DNA of 36,955 nt. Origin: an uncultured Planctomycetales bacterium. GTDB lineage: Bacteria; Planctomycetota; UBA1135. The translations under genes were made by a program, and so were the position numbers. Position 1 is the first letter of the stretch. The number at the start of each line of letters is the position of its first letter. The DNA is taken from NCBI GenBank assembly GCA_964464385.1, contig CAYXFZ010000004.1:14898-51852 (forward strand), given 5' to 3'. The notes under the pieces were generated by a model, which did no database searches, was not told where the DNA came from, and was given only the letters and a program-made list of their open reading frames with translations. Shown here one piece after another: positions 36,267 through 36,955 of this stretch.

Positions 36267-36955
36267 GTCCTTGCTCCAATTGACGCCGAATTCCGGAGTT
36301 TGGCTCCACCTGCAAGCGCGCGGTCATGGCCTTGGCGAACATCTTGGGGCGCTTAACGGCAACGGAAGTCGCCGCACGGCGCAATGGAACCCCAGAAGAC
36401 ATCATGGCACGGGCGACGACCATGCGGGTGGAGGGGAAGTCGTCCAAATAGGGGAAGAGGTGAACAATGGCGTCGGCACGAACGGCCCAAGGTCGCCCTC
36501 GAGAAGCCAAGTTGGTGAGCAAGGCCAAGGTGCGGGAATCGGGGAGGCGATCCACCACCACATCCAAGGCTGCCCTCCGCTCAGGCGAAGGAGAGGAGAG
36601 GTCCAGAAGCCAAGGGCGCAAAAAACCAGGAAGATCCTTTTCCGAGATCCGTTTTCCTGCCGTTCGAATTGCGATGGCTCGTAGAGTTGCCGGTGCCGCA
36701 CTGGTGGCCAGAAGATCTGCTTCCAAGGAAAGAAAATCCGGATGATCGGGTTGTTGCAATACGAGGCGCACCTGGGCTTGATCAAACGGATTCAAGCCAT
36801 CGTCCAACTGCCGCGGCCGACGAGCTAGATTGGGGACGGCACGCAAAACCTCGGCACGCAAAGAGGGGTGGGCTGAAGTATCGGCCAGAACCTCAGCCAA
36901 AACATTCGAGCCGGGAAGGATGTTCAAGAACAACAAGCGGCGCAATGCGAGTTGC
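36250..36955 (-). CDS. 3' part of a HEAT-repeat-like protein (start outside window)
   Basis: Frame is open to the window edge; repeated helical units HPSLRAEVL, PATLRAIAI, SPERRAAL, WAVRADAI, VPLRRAA and EPNSGIRRQL. Confidence 0.6.
   Translation of the reverse strand, partial: QLALRRLLFLNILPGSNVLAEVLADTSAHPSLRAEVLRAVPNLARRPRQLDDGLNPFDQAQVRLVLQQPDHPDFLSLEADLLATSAAPATLRAIAIRTAGKRISEKDLPGFLRPWLLDLSSPSPERRAALDVVVDRLPDSRTLALLTNLASRGRPWAVRADAIVHLFPYLDDFPSTRMVVARAMMSSGVPLRRAATSVAVKRPKMFAKAMTARLQVEPNSGIRRQLEQGLKALD

Overview
GC-rich (roughly 55-60% by eye), densely coding bacterial window with no RNA genes, CRISPR arrays, transposases or phage genes recognised. A Planctomycetota-like origin is plausible from gene content but is only an inference. 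The left part (1-15.6 kb) is a mixed housekeeping run on the + strand: queG, a small CxxC/CxxC protein, thiE, a ZIP-like/ArsP-type permease fusion, a PqqL-type M16 protease, an FdhF/YdeP molybdoenzyme, a deoxyhypusine-synthase-like enzyme, hldD, a radical SAM enzyme, two coupled unknown exported proteins and a POT-family transporter. It is preceded by the 5' end of a divergent, possibly ECF-sigma, gene. The right part (15.6-35.6 kb) is a Wzx/Wzy-type surface polysaccharide locus: priming transferase, two GT4s, flippase, Wza, Wzc-like co-polymerase and Wzy/ligase. It carries a large tailoring set of two GNATs, a CE4 deacetylase, three membrane-anchored sulfatase-fold proteins and a translationally coupled M20 peptidase. 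The most notable signals are: (i) all three sulfatase-fold proteins have Thr where the formylglycine-precursor Cys/Ser sits and share an 'SLGY(I/V)(G)DEE(E)' C-terminus, suggesting polymer-decorating transferases rather than sulfatases; (ii) Wzc carries a nested coiled-coil duplication and a degenerate Walker A; (iii) Wza appears to have a duplicated export domain.
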